Source of the DNA: the human T2T-CHM13v2.0 reference genome, Homo sapiens
Assembly (NCBI RefSeq): GCF_009914755.1
Contig: NC_060932.1
Reading direction: 5' to 3' (one strand)
Length of the DNA: 64,000 bases
Below the pieces are notes generated by a model. The model had not been told where the DNA came from. It worked only from the letters and a program-made list of their open reading frames with translations, and searched no databases. Both the position numbers and the translations under genes were made by a program. This document shows, piece after piece, positions 39,788 through 52,729 of the stretch (within the stretch, counting starts at the first letter, position 1; every line of letters begins with the position of its first letter).

Positions 39788-42081
39788 TGATATGGTTGGC
39801 CATGTCCCTACCCAAGTTTCGTCTTGAATTATAACTCTCACAATTCCCACATGCCACGGGAAGGACCCAATAGGAGGTAATTAAATCATAGGGGCAGGTC
39901 TTTCTCATGCTATTCTCATGCTAGTGAATAAGTCTCATGAGATCTGATGGTTTTATAAAGAGGAGTTCCCCTGCACAAGCTCTCTTTGCCTGTCACCATC
40001 CATGTAAGATGTGACTTGCTCCTTCTTGCCTTCTGTCATGATTGTGAGGCCTCCCCAGCCATGTGGAACTGTAATTCCGTCAAACCTCTTTTTCTTCCCA
40101 GTCTCGAGTATTTCTTTATCAGTAGTGTGAAAATGGACTAATATAGTAAATTGGTACCAGGAGTGGGGTGCTAATGGAAAGATACACAAAAATGTGGAAG
40201 CTACTTAGGAAGTGGGTAACAGGCAGAGGTTGGAACAGTTTGGAGGGCTCAGAAGAAGACAGGGAAATGTGGGAAAGTTTGGAACTTTCTAGACACTTGT
40301 TGAATGGCTTTGACCAAAATGCTGATAATGATATGGACAATGAAATCCAGGCTGAGGTAGTCTCAGATGCAGATGAGAAACTTGTTGGGAATTGGAGCAA
40401 AGGTGACTCCTGTTATGTTTTAGCAAAGAGACTGGTAACATTTTGCCCCTGCCCTAGCAATTTGTGGAACTTTGAACTTGAGAGAGATGATTTAGGCTAT
40501 CTGATGGAAGGAATTTCTAAGCAGCAAAGCATTCAAGAGGTGACTTGGGTGCTGTTAAAGGCATTCAGTTTTATAAGGGAAACGGAGCATACAAGTTCAG
40601 AAAATGTGCAGCCTGCCAATGCAATAGAAAAGAAAACCCCATTTTCTGAGAAGAAATTCAAGCCAGCTGCAGAAATTTGCATAAGTGAGGAGGAGCTGAC
40701 TGTTAATCACCAAGAAAATAGGGAAAATGTCTCTAAGGCATGTCAGAGACCTTTGTTGCAACCCCTTCCATCAGAGGTCTGGAGGCTTAGGAGGAAAAAA
40801 TGGTCTTGTGGGCCAGGTCCAGGGTCCCTCTGCTATGTCCAGTCAAGGGATTTGGCGTCCTGTGTCCCAGCCACTCCAGCCATGGCTGAAAAGGGCCAAT
40901 GTAGAGCTCAAGCTGTGGCTTCAAAGGGTGCAAGCCCCAAGCCCTGGCAGCTTCCATATGGTGTTAAGCCTGCGAGCCCACGAAGTCAAGAGTTGAGGTT
41001 TGGAAACCTCTGCCTAGATTTCAGAGGATGTATGGAAACGTCTGGATGACCAGGCAGAAGTTTGTTGTAAGGGTGAGGCCCTCATGGAGAACCTCTGCTA
41101 GGGCAGTGCACAAGGGAAATGTGGGGTCAGAGCCCCAGCACATAATTCCTACTGGGACACTGCCTAGTGAAGCTATGAGAAGAGGGCCACCATATTCCAA
41201 ACCCCCAAATAGTAGATCCACCAGCAGCTTGCACTGTGTGCCTGGAAAAGCCATAGACACACAATGCCATCCTGTGAAAGCAGCCAGGAGGGAGGCTGTA
41301 CCCTGCAAAGCCACAGGGCCAGAACTGCCCAAGACCATGGGAACCCACCTCTTGCATCAGTGTGACCTGGAAATGAGACATGGAGTCAAAGGAGTTCATT
41401 TTGGAGCTTTAAGATTTGACTGCCTGGCTAGATTTCAGACTTGAATGGGCCCTCTAGGCCCTTTGCTTTAGTCAATTTCTCCCATTTGGAAAGGCTGTAT
41501 TTACTCAATACCTGTACCCCCACTGTATCTAAAAAGTAACTAACATGCTTTTGATTTTACAGGCTCGTAGGTGGAAGGGACTTGCCTTGTCTTAGATGAG
41601 ACTTTGTACTGTGGACTTTTGAGTTAATGCTGAAATGAGTTAAGACTTTTGGGGACTGTTGGGAAGGCATGATTGGTTTTGAAATTTGAAGACATGAGAT
41701 TTGGGAGGGACCAGGGGCAGAATGATATGGTTTGGCTGTGTCCCCACCCAAATCTCATCTTAAATGGTAACTCCAGCAATTCCCATATGTCGTGGGAGGA
41801 ACCTGGTGGGAGGTAATTGAATTATGAGGACGGGTCTTTTCCATGCTGTTCTCATGATAGTGAATAAGTCTCATGAGATCTGATGTTTTTATAAAGAGGA
41901 GTTCCCCTGGACAAGCTCTCTTTGCCTGCTGCCATCCATGTAAGATGTGACATGCTCCTCCTTGCCTTCTGCCATGACTGTGAGGCCTCCCCAGCCACGT
42001 GGAACTGTAAGTCCATTAAACCTCTTTTTCTTCCCAGTCTCGGGTATGTCTTTATCAGCAGTGTGAAAACAGACTAATACA
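39788..42081 (+). mobile_element. Full-length THE1A/B provirus: 5' LTR 39788-40145, internal 40146-41722, 3' LTR 41723-42081
   Basis: Two direct ~358-bp LTRs tgatatgg...ctaata(c/t)a; internal region starts gtaaattggtaccag and ends in the PPT-like gggaccaggggcagaa; partial TSD cataa/catct. Confidence 0.96.
40174..41444 (+). pseudogene. MaLR (THE1-int) internal ORF remnant with one frameshift near 40980
   Basis: ORFs 40168-41049 and 41028-41444 carry characteristic MaLR peptides (GRGWNSLEGSEEDREMWESLEL, GNWSKGDSCYVLAKRL, MYGNVWMTRQKF); first ATG at 40174. Confidence 0.8.
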
Positions 42082-43184
42082 CATCTGGATCACAGAGTCA
42101 AGGACTCAAATACACACTGGCTCATACCCATCTTTGTTTAACTTTCATAGTTTTGGCTTTAATAATAACCTTGCACATGTGATAACTCTCTCCTAAAATG
42201 TATGTAGCATTTTAAGCCCTATTATTCTAATTAATACTACCTGCTACTTAGCAGCTCTGTGGCTTTCAAGAAGTTACTTAATCTCTCTGTGCCTCAGTTT
42301 CCTTACCATGGGGATAACCATAGTACCTACCTCATTGGGTTATTGTTAAGATTAAACAAATCAATGCAGGTAATTCTTTACATAGATTTCTTGTCCAGAA
42401 GATGTGTATCTCATGGCTTCCAGGATCCCCCTGCAAGACCAGGTATCTCTTTAGGTTTCCAATTTGAGAAGGACCATTGCATGCCATGTCTCAGCACTAT
42501 CTAAACCCTGAGTTATTGTCTCCCATTCACCCAGGGGAGAAGATCATTTTGTACCTGGTAATATGCCACCAGCACCAACTGGCAAAGTCTTTTCAGGAGC
42601 TGCCAGTTTTGAGAAGCATCACATTTTCAAATCAGGAAAGCTGAGTTAATGAAGAATGTGACATTGGAGGGCCGAGTGGGACCTCTCAGAGGTGATCTGG
42701 TCACCAGTAGTTGGGGGGGTGTGTAATTATTTGGGCACTGAGTCTCAGCAGAGGGAACCCATTTGTCTGGTTAATTACCCTTGAAACAGTAGGGAGGTCA
42801 GAGGATGGCCTGGCTGACAAAGTCCATTGAGCCTGCTGGATGGAGGCCAATTCCAATCCACTCTGACCTCCGGTTTCTCCTCTGGAGGTGGCTGTGGTTG
42901 CTTAGGGTGTGGGTACCGAGCAGGCACCCTGATTCCTCAGAGGTGGCTGGTCCAGGGAGCCAGAAGCCCTGGTGCTAAGCCTTCCTTTTCCACTACCTTC
43001 ATGTGGAAAGCCAGTTCTGTCTCTGGGCCCCAGCCTTCTTCTTTGAAAAGGAAAAGTTCATCCAAGATGATGCTGGGAAGGGCCTTCCTGCTCCAACACT
43101 CCTTGACTATTAATTTGGAGAAGCAGAAGCAGCACATTATCAATCATAGGTTTGGGAATTATCTCTTAAAAATCTGCCAAAAAA

Positions 43185-43295
43185 TTAAATTGACCATATG
43201 TTAAACATGACTGAAGCCAGGTGATGGGTACAAGGGGGTTAATCATGCTATTTTCTTTACTTTTATATGTGTTTGAAATTTTCTATAATAAAGAA
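43185..43295 (+). mobile_element. L1ME/MC 3' end fragment
   Basis: gaagccaggtgatgggtaca...tacttttatatgtgtttgaaattttctataataaa. Confidence 0.7.
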
Positions 43296-43633
43296 AGTTT
43301 TAAGAATCTGCTAAAACCTTTTAAAGTTAATGACAAGAATGATCGGATGTAATTCATTTATGCACCAGAATTTCTGATGCATCAGCTATGGTAGTATGTG
43401 GTATAATTCAAGGAACATCTACTCAATAAAAAACTATCTCTACCATCCACTTTCATATAGCCTGGGAGGCTCCCAACATGTAGTCTTTCAAGAAGGGGTA
43501 TAGTATGGTCGGAAAAGTATTGATTTTTCTTTTTTTTATTTCTTATTTTTAGATAAACTTGAATCCTGAGCTTTAGTTTCTTTTGTTGTTTTTTTGTTTT
43601 GTTTTGTTTTTAATTTTTAAAATCTGTAAAATG

Positions 43634-43938
43634 GGCCAGGTGTGGTGGCTTATGCCTGTAATCCCAGCACTTTGGGAGGCTGAGGCGGGCGGATCACCTG
43701 AGGTCAGGAGTTTGAGACCAGCCTGGCCAACATGGCAAAATCCTGTCTTTACTAAAAATTCAAAAAATAAATTAGCCAGGCATGGTTGTGGGTGCCTGTA
43801 ATCCCAGCTACTTGGGAGGCTGAGGCAAGAGAATTGCCTGAACTGGGAAGGTGGATGTTGCAGTGAGCCAAGATCGTGCTATTGTGCTCCAACCCAGGTT
43901 ACAGAGTGAGACTCTGTCGCAAAAAAAAAAAAAAAAAA
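43634..43938 (+). mobile_element. AluSx inserted in a MIR
   Basis: ggatcacctgaggtcaggag; A18 tail; TSD tctgtaaaatg at 43623-43633 and 43940-43950. Confidence 0.95.
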
Positions 43939-44351
43939 GTCTGTAAAATGATAATTATAGTGACCTAGTGGATTTTGGTGAGGATAAGGGATGGTATACA
44001 AAGTGCTAAGAAAATGGTAGCGCTCATTATGACATCTTGGAAATTCATAATGTGGATTCTTTAAATTACAAACCATTCAGAGAAAGGCCCAGCCTTGTAG
44101 CTGAACTTGAATGCAATTTACAAGCTGTAAAGCAGTATCTCTTAGTGGAGATTGATGTCTCTGATTTCTGGGGGTGGAAGGGCAAAGGGAGCCAGACAGG
44201 GGGCTGGAAATAGAGGCAGGAGATGGGTACAGGGATGTGAGGAGCTGCTGAGACATTTCCCCACACGGCTGCACTGCCCCATATACCCTCACTACAAACA
44301 TCTATTTCCACATTGAACCTGGGTGCCTCTTTTCCTTTCAGGAGGTCTAAA

Positions 44352-44565
44352 GCAGCATGATATGGTCAAAAGAGCATGGATTTTGGTATTGAAGAGATTT
44401 GGGTTCAAATCCCAGAGCTGTCACTTCTTAGTTCTGTGAGCTTGATCAAAGTCACTTCACCCCTTTGAGACTCATCTCTAAAATATGGGAGATAATGTAT
44501 TATTGAGTGCATTAAATGAGAAAATGTCATATTATCTGATTCATGGTAGGTGCTCAATAAATGTC
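44352..44565 (+). mobile_element. MIR, near full length
   Basis: aagagcatgg...tgggttcaaatcccag...aaagtcacttcac...attaaatgag...gtaggtgctcaataaatg. Confidence 0.8.
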
Positions 44566-44827
44566 TGCACCCTTCTCCTTATGTATTATGGGCAGCTCTG
44601 ATGATTCAAGCGCTCTCCCTTTTGCCTCATGTGGCTTGCACCCATTAAACTATAATACTTCTGTCTTCAGAACATATGCCATTCTTCTTACCCATGATAT
44701 CTCTTTAGAAATTTGAAAATAATGCTTACATTTTGCTAACCTATTTCTTCCAACATCCCCTCACCTTGAGTCTTCACTTTTCAAGGTAAAATCTCAGCAA
44801 ATTTAATCCAATTCCCATGTGTCTAAG

Positions 44828-45244
44828 TGTGGTAGATTGTAAAACTGAGCACAAACTCTTCCACTCTCTGTATCTTCAAATTTACATAACTTTTTAAGCT
44901 CTTCCCCTTAAGAACTGGGAATTTTCTTTACCCTTAGAATCTGGAGCAGCCGTGGGATTTGTTTGGCCAATGGGACAGCAGCAACCCTGAGACTTGAGAA
45001 ACATCTACTCTCTTAGCACTCTTACTACACACATGTGAACAATCATGCGCTTACAATAGGCCCCATGAAGCTAGGATGAGCTATTGCAGCCAAACCCCTG
45101 GACATGATGGTCCAGCCAAGACCAGAAAAACTATCCAGGTCCCCGACCCAAACCACTGACCTACAGAAGAGTCAGCTAAGTAAGTAGTTGTTGACTTAAG
45201 CCATGAAGATTTGGGGTCGTTTATTTTGCAGACAGTCTGATACC
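44828..45244 (+). mobile_element. MLT1G/H-like LTR
   Basis: tgtggtagattg...tttggccaatgggacagcagcaa...ttaagccatgaagatttgggg. Confidence 0.7.
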
Positions 45245-46864
45245 TCAGACTTCCAGAACATTCATTCTCCTCTGTTTAATTGTATATGTCCATTCTGCCC
45301 CCAATTTTTTTTGTATGACATTTTTGAACTATCCATTTTCTTGAAACTTTCTAAATTACTGGGTGCTTGGCACGAGAGGCTTGTTCTGTCTGTTCTTGAC
45401 TTCTTCCTACTAAATTCAAACCATATGGTATACAAGTACAGATGAATGTCCAAAAAGTCTTTAGATCCTCTTTGGAAACTTAAAAAAATCCCACCAAAGA
45501 GTTTTGCAATGAAATCGTGCTTGGCCAAGGAGAAAGAAACTTGAACAGCTTGAGTTCTGTTCAGTTCTTCCTGCAAGTGGTAAATGATTCTATACTTAGG
45601 AGAATTTCTTCTCTAGGTTTGAATTAACAAGGTGGCCTCTGCATGACATCCAATTCTAGAGGTCTGAATAGAATTTTGGAGCTCAAAGAAGCCTCAGATT
45701 TTTCTTTGGCCCAACACTATTTTTTAACATATGGAGAAACTAAAGTTATAGCAGTAGGCTGTGGAAAGTTACACTGGAGTGGAGAACCCTAGGTTCCCTG
45801 CAAAGGCTAGTACTTACAGTGGTTATATTCGAGTTTCTTTGGACATAGCCTTTGTGATACAGATATGTATGTAAAGCCCTGGGTATGAAGGCATGGAGGG
45901 AAGGAATATGGAGTTGTTGGCATCCTACTGACCATTCACACCGCTGCTGGGCCCAACCATGAGCCCTTTGAGAGAAGAAAAGTAGTTCATTTCTCATGAC
46001 ATCTTCTAGCCTAGCATGGTGCTTTGCACAGTGTAGACATTCAGAGTGTTGGATGAAGCCATAGGCTATAGGGCCAGCTCTCAGGGTTAGAATCTTGGAC
46101 AAGTCTTAGCAATCCTTGGAACAGCAGTTCCTTTCCATTCTTTCTGCTGTAGGCCCTTTATAAGGCAGGTGCACGCTTATTCCAAATGCAGTTATCCCAT
46201 AAATGCAGAGATGCATAAGACCTAACTCTTGCCATAAAGGAGTGTCTACCAGGGAAGACAGAGGCATAAATGGATGATTAAAAGGGACTCTTGACAGAAG
46301 TGTTACACCTGAATCTTTGTAAGACTCTTTCTCTTAGTGAAACTAGAAGTGAGTGGACAGTTGTTCAGCCTCACTCTTTGCTATATGTAGCTGCTCTCAT
46401 TCTGTCACTGAGATATCAGTGAGGTCTGGGATTTTGAACCTGACAGAATCCTCCACAGGCTGAAAAGCCATGAAAAGGAGAATGGAAGAACTCGAAGGCA
46501 GTCATAAAGACCATTGTTATTCTTAAATCCCCATTCTCGTACTGGGTTATAACATTATTCCTGAATTTATTTAAATAAGCACTGGTTTTTGAGACGAACA
46601 AGTCTGAATTTGAACCCTGACTTTGGTCCCCACCTGCCATCTTAGTTTTCTGAGCCTTCATTCTGGACTCTGAAGGCACTGTTGGTTGTCTTTTATCAGT
46701 TCTTTAAACATGTGGCCAATGAACCACTACCTATTTGTTTTAAAAATCCAGATTCCTGGGCAATATCCTAGAACTAATTATAAAAACAATAGTGTTCCTC
46801 AGAGTACATTGAAGCTTAAGAACTACATCTTGTTGTGGTCATGGTTTTATTAGTTAAAGGAGAC

Positions 46865-47172
46865 GGCTGGGTGTGGTGGCTCATGCCTGTAATCCTAGCA
46901 CTTTGGGAGGCTGAGTCAGGCGGATCACCTGAGGTCAGGAGTTCGAGACCAGCCTGGCCAACATGGTGAAACCCTGTGTCTACTAAAAATACAAAAATTA
47001 GCTGGGCATGGTGGTGGGTGCTTATAATCCCAGCTACTCAGGAGGCTGAGGCAGGAGAATCACTCGAACCTGGGAAGCGGAGGTTGCAGTGAGCTGAGAT
47101 CATGCCACCGTACTCCAGCCTGGGGCCACTGTACTCCAGCTTGGGTGACAGAGTGAGACTCCATCTTAAAAA
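46865..47172 (+). mobile_element. AluSx with internal 21-bp tandem duplication (47104-47145)
   Basis: gccaccgtactccagcctggg followed by gccactgtactccagcttggg; short tail. Confidence 0.95.
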
Positions 47173-47369
47173 CAGGAGAAAGGATAGTCAGGAAGCGTTA
47201 GGCAAGAGTATCTATTTATAAAGTGGAAGACATCAGGAAGAGGAGGAAAAGCTAAGGAAAGACCCACTGATAATATGTTAAACTGTGGTGGGGTAGAGCT
47301 ACATCACCAAGTTAGGAGTATGACAGGGACATGGAGATATTTCTGCTTTAGAAAGAGCACAACGACTGG

Positions 47370-47730
47370 AAGGATGTGTGGTGGAGAATGCTAATGCACA
47401 TCCAACATTTAGGAGCCACTCTACATTCCCAGCTTTCTAGGAAAGCAGGTTGGAACCATATTATGGAGTTCTGGCCAAACAGAGGGTGGGCAGAGAATTG
47501 TAAGCTATTTCTAAGGACTTTCTTACTAAGATCTTTCATTTCTTTCTTCTTCTTCTGTGAAGAGCTTGGAGGCCACATGCTTCAAAGCGTACAGACAAAA
47601 GGTGGAAGAAGCTAGCCTGACTCACATCACATGCTGGTATAAATAAGAATACTCCTTTCTTGTATCAAGTCTCTGAGATTCCAGGATTTATCCGTTGCTG
47701 CAACACAGCCTCTCCTATCCTGACTATCTC
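47370..47730 (+). mobile_element. MLT1I/J-like LTR
   Basis: cattcccagc...gagttctggccaa...ctgagattccagg...gttgctgcaacacagcc...atcctgacta. Confidence 0.6.
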
Positions 47731-47879
47731 AGGGGACAAGACTAGAGACAGAGAGACCAGTTAAGAAGCCAATGTAATAGAAACACTAGTGCCAATAAGA
47801 ACTTGAACTATGATGGAGACAGTGGAGAGTAGAAAGAAGAAACAAATTTCCGGAACTTTGTGGAAGTAGCGTAGCCAGT

Positions 47880-48620
47880 TTCCTAATCTCTTGAGCAACT
47901 TGCCTGGATTAATAGAATAGCCCCTGACCTATGCCCTTGCTTCCACCTGTCTTATCTTTAACACAACAGTAAGAAATATTTGGTTAAAATGCAAGTCATA
48001 TTATGTCATTCTTGTGTACAAAACTCATCCACTGCTGACAGTCTTTGGAGTAGAAGCTGAGAGAGTCCTTTGAGGCCAACATGATGCATCCTCTTGTTTT
48101 CCTTTTGATGCAATCTCCCATCGCTGCCCCTCTCCCGCTGACTGCTCTTTGTTCCACTGAATCTCCATGTTGTTCTTGAACACACTGACATCCTCATGCC
48201 TCAGGTCTTTTGCACATCCTGTTCCCTCTACCTGAAGTGCTGCACCTTCAGGCATCTGCATAACTGGCTGCTTCACTTTCTTTAAGTCATTGTTCAAATG
48301 TATTTCCAGTGAGTCCTTTCCTCAGTGTTCTATTTAAAATTACATCCCACTTCCCTCCAACACTCCTGACTTCTCTGAATTACTTAACTTTTATCCATAC
48401 ACTTAACACTTTCTAAAATATTATATATTTTACTTGATATTTTGTTTAATGTCTGTCTCCATTTACCAGAATGCTAGGTCCAGCAGGACAAGATTTTTTT
48501 GTCTTTTTTTTTTTTTTTTTTTGTACACTGCTGTATTCCTAACGTCTGCAATAGTGCCTGGCATATAGCAGGCACTCAGTAACTACTTCTTGAAATAATA
48601 TTGAGTAAATGAATCAACTA
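47880..48620 (+). mobile_element. L2a 3' region
   Basis: gcctcaggtcttttgcacatcctgttccctctacctg...atagtgcctggcatatagcaggcactcagt...aatgaat. Confidence 0.85.
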
Positions 48621-49781
48621 AACCTGAAGAATATTAAGGGCATTTAAGCATGGGTAGGAGAACTACACTTTTAAAACAGCATGTGCAGTGGTTAGTAAGG
48701 TTACAGAGTAGGACTGGGAAAGCCTACTTTGCCTTCAAAGATATTCTGTTTGACAGTTTGTGCCACGAACACAACTTTTTTTCTTGGCCATTTTTGTCTA
48801 TGTGACCAAGAGATTGAATCTGTTAACTCCCTTAAAGTGCTTTTATCTCTTCCTTACCCTAGCAGCTGCAGAAAAAGCACCACTATTTGGTGATGGTGTT
48901 GGGGCCATCTCTCCAGAGTGCCCTGAGAGTGATACCACAGAATGTACATAAACTCATGTCTGTAAGAGTGCATAACATATAGCAGGTGGTCAATTTACCT
49001 CCATTTCCTTCTCCACATTTTCTTCATATTTCTTCCTCTCCATCCATCTTTTCTTCATCCTTCCTCTTTGCTTATTTCAGCCACTCAACAGAGAATGGAT
49101 TGACTACTACACTTACTCCCAGGTTAAGAATGGAGGCTGTGAAACAGGGAAGCAAGAAAGGAAGGAGAAAGAGAAGAAAAGGAAGGAGAGGTTTTGGGAT
49201 CATAGCTTATGATTAACAACTGTTTGAGTATTATGTCACTGGGTTTAGCCAAGTGTTAGGCCATCTAGTCATGGTTAAAAAGATTCTAATCCCTGGCTTT
49301 AGAAAGATGATTGTATATTCTCCAATCACTGTGACACTCAGCCTGCATGGGCTGTTGAGAAACCCCACTGCAGCATTCACTGAATTATCTCAGTCCTGAT
49401 GAATTCTTCCATCTCCACCCCAGATTCAATTTGGATGTTGCAAATGCAGAAAAGATGATGAATGTGGGGGTGAATCTAATTTCATTAGCTGAAGCCTTTA
49501 TATTCCACATTTCCAATAAATATCAAGGCAGGTATGATGAAAATGCATGTAGCTGGTGGCATTTTTCCAGCCTTGTGTTTCCAGTGTCTTATACAGAAAC
49601 CACAACAGGAAGTTACTAGATTTAGCTCAAGAGCTTTGGATTTGAGTCCTGGCTTCATCAGTTACTGGCTGGCTGACTTTGTGGGATGAGTCTTAGTGTT
49701 TTCATCTATAAAATGGGAGATAAATCAGTCCTCAGAAGATCCAGTGAGAGAAAAGGTACAAAGTGCATGGCACTTTGCTTC

Positions 49782-50113
49782 TGTTACAAATAAATTTTCG
49801 GTGCCGCAAAGAAATAGCACTCAAACATAAATTTAATTTTCTCAGCAAGGCAATTTTTACTTTTATAGAAGGGTGTGACTCGTGAATGGAGTAATGGTGA
49901 GAGCACACCTGAACAAGGGTGGGGAAGAGTTTTTTTCCTGATGCAGGTAGCCCCTATTGCTGTGTTTTTCCCCTATTGCCTAGGGTTGGACCACACAGTC
50001 TAAGCTAATTCCGATTGACTGTTTTAAAGAGAGCAGGGGTATAAGCCAGAGTTACCAGGTGAGTAGTTTGGCGGGAAGTACAGTTAGAAACCGGTAACTA
50101 AAGGTGACTAAAG
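49782..50113 (-). mobile_element. LTR10A-like (HERV-I/HERVIP10) LTR, 3' ~330 bp only
   Basis: Reverse complement ends ...gagtgctatttctttgcggcaccgaaaatttatttgtaaca and contains aatcggaattagcttagactgtgtggtccaaccctag, as recalled for LTR10A. Confidence 0.8.
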
Positions 50114-50186
50114 TTTTTTTTCCAGGAGTGGGGCTGGACTGTTCTGGGCTGTTGCATCTTTTTATCAGATCTTGCTGTGGCTCTTT

Positions 50187-50510
50187 GTATCAGTCAGGAT
50201 GGACTAAGTCTCAGTGGCTTACAACAACCAAGTTTATTTCACACTCATGCTTCATGTTCATCACGGCTTGATTGTCTCCATTCAATTTCATCTTCAATGC
50301 AGCATCCAGACTGATGGGGCAGGCTCTCTCATAACATGGCTTGTCTCATGGAAGAAAGAAAGGGGGCACAGCAAACTACATAATGGCTCTTAAAGTTTCT
50401 TCCTGAAAATGACATATGCTACTTCTACCCACATTTCGCTGGCCAATAAGTCACAAGACCACTCCTGAGTTAATCAGGGTAGAGCTGTATAATTCTCCCA
50501 TAGTGTGAAG
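50187..50510 (-). mobile_element. MLT1J-like LTR
   Basis: tgtatcagtcaggat...tctcagtggcttacaacaacc...catccagactgatgg...cacatttcgctggcca. Confidence 0.7.
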
Positions 50511-50709
50511 AATTTACTAAAAATTTGGTAAAGAATAGCACAATACAATGTTGTTATTTTCCTAAAATTCAATCATTTACAATTTTTACCATACTTATGT
50601 GCCAGCTGACTTATTATTTGTAATTTTTCTTTAAAAACAAGTATTATTACTTAAAGAAGTCACCATAAAAATTAAAACTGGGAATAACAAAACAATAGTA
50701 TTAGATCCT

Positions 50710-51105
50710 CCCTGGAGTACATGTGATATTTTGTTACATGCATAGAATGTGTAATGATCATGTTAGGGTGTTTAGGGTACCCATCACCCTGAGCATTTAT
50801 TATTTCTATTTGTTGGGAACATTTCAAGTCTTCTCTTTTGGCTCTTTTGAAATATACAATACACTGTCTTTAACTATACTCACCCTACTCCTCTATTGAA
50901 CATTACAACTGATTTCTTCTACCTAACTTTACCTTTGTGCCCACTAGCCAACCTGTCTTCATCTCCCCATCACCCTCACGCCCTTCCCAGCCTCTGTTAA
51001 CTAACATTCTACTCTCTACCTCCCTGAAATCCACTTTTTAAGCTTCCACATATGAGTGGGAACAGGAGATATTTGTCTTTCTGTGCCTGGCTTATTTCAC
51101 CTAAC
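50710..51105 (-). mobile_element. L1MA 3' fragment inside a degraded hAT-Charlie element
   Basis: gtacatgtgatattttgttacatgcatagaatgtgtaatgatca...ttgtctttctgtgcctggcttatttcac. Confidence 0.85.
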
Positions 51106-52729
51106 AAATATTTCATGTCAATTAAAAAAATGACAAAAAGTCAAGTGTCACGTAAAAGCTAACCAATTCTAACAAAACATAAGTGTGTATGGAAAAAAAT
51201 ACATTTTTTTGGATTTTGTTTTTAAAAGCTCTGTACCTAAGACAAATTTTCTCTCTCTCTCTCTCTCAGAAAGGAAAATTGGCAAGTTTTAATAAGATGA
51301 GTACTGCTACATGGCATGAGACTGAGCCTTTATTCTCAAAGTAATCAAAGTGTTTGGAAAAACATGGAAAAATGAATGACTTTCATACTATGCAATTCAG
51401 ATATTTAATGCCCTATCTGTGCATAAAGAAAGATTCTTCATGTAGCATTTAAAATCTGAAATCACTTGTGTCCAGTTAGGACAAATCCCACAGAATTAGG
51501 AACACTCTACTATGGGCACAATGGAATGGCCTAGATCCTGACTCGTTCATGTTTATCTCACATAGTACCTGGCAAGTGTATGCTCCATAAATGTTTATTG
51601 AATGAAGCAATGACTAATTCCTTACCTGGTACAATTCTTGCATATAAAAGATGCACAAAAATAAATGTTTGTTAAATAAATAAATGAAAAGGCTCAGAAT
51701 CCTTATAGTCCTTTCTGCTTCTGCCCAAGGTTCAGGCCCCCCTGATATCCCATTTTACTTCTTTCTGCCTGGCCCAGCAGTTCAAGTGCTGAGATGGGCT
51801 GAGAGAGCCACTAGCTATCATGACATTGAGCTGTTGCAGCCTGCCCTAAGGACAGTAAGTGTTGATGTCTGGAGGTAACACCTCCATGACATCAAGCCAG
51901 GGGCACCCAGTTGATTTATGGAGCCTCCCTTCTCAAAGTTTCAGACTACATGGGTTGATAATCATGGATTTTCAAACCTAAGCCTGTATCTTTTCACCCA
52001 TTCCCCTGCCCCTAGTTAGGTTGGTTCCTCATGTTGCTCAGTCCGGGGGAAGAAGGCAGCAAGGCAGTAGGGTGAAAGTGCCAGGAGGAGGCTGAGTGGT
52101 CACTTGTCAGAAAGCCTCATGAGTGGCATTGCTGTCATGGATTTGACTCCAAGAGCTTCTACAGGTTCTTGAACAGGAATTTCTGAGCACAGTATAAGAA
52201 ACTTGCAATGATGGACTGACATGAGCCAAACACAGATGCACACACACACACCACTTTATATATCAAACCAAATACCCAAACACTCATTTACAAAGAGGGT
52301 CATTTCTTTTCAGTGAGAAATATGAATGTCCCATAAGCTTGTGGCTTTTTACATTCTGGGAAGTGCTCTCATCATCTAAAACCACTTGCAGTTTCTTCCC
52401 TAGATGGGCCCCATCAGCCGTACACAGATGCAATGGAACTGAGAATGAAGAGTCCTTGGTACTTGTTAATTCTTAGAATTCCATTGCTTTAAAGCTCACT
52501 TGCCCAAGCTCATATAGTTCAGGCCTCTCTGGTGACAAAAATGGTCTTGTCCCCTGTAGATGGTATCTCTGTCTGGACAGTGTTAGTCATACTCAGCTGA
52601 AGATAGCCTTCTTTCCCATTTTCCATGCGGAAGTAAGATGCTTAAACATTGCTGACCAAACTCCCTTCAATCCATGTTTCCTCATGGGCCTGATAGATAC
52701 ATTGTCTCTTTCAATTACGTATTTGGTTA

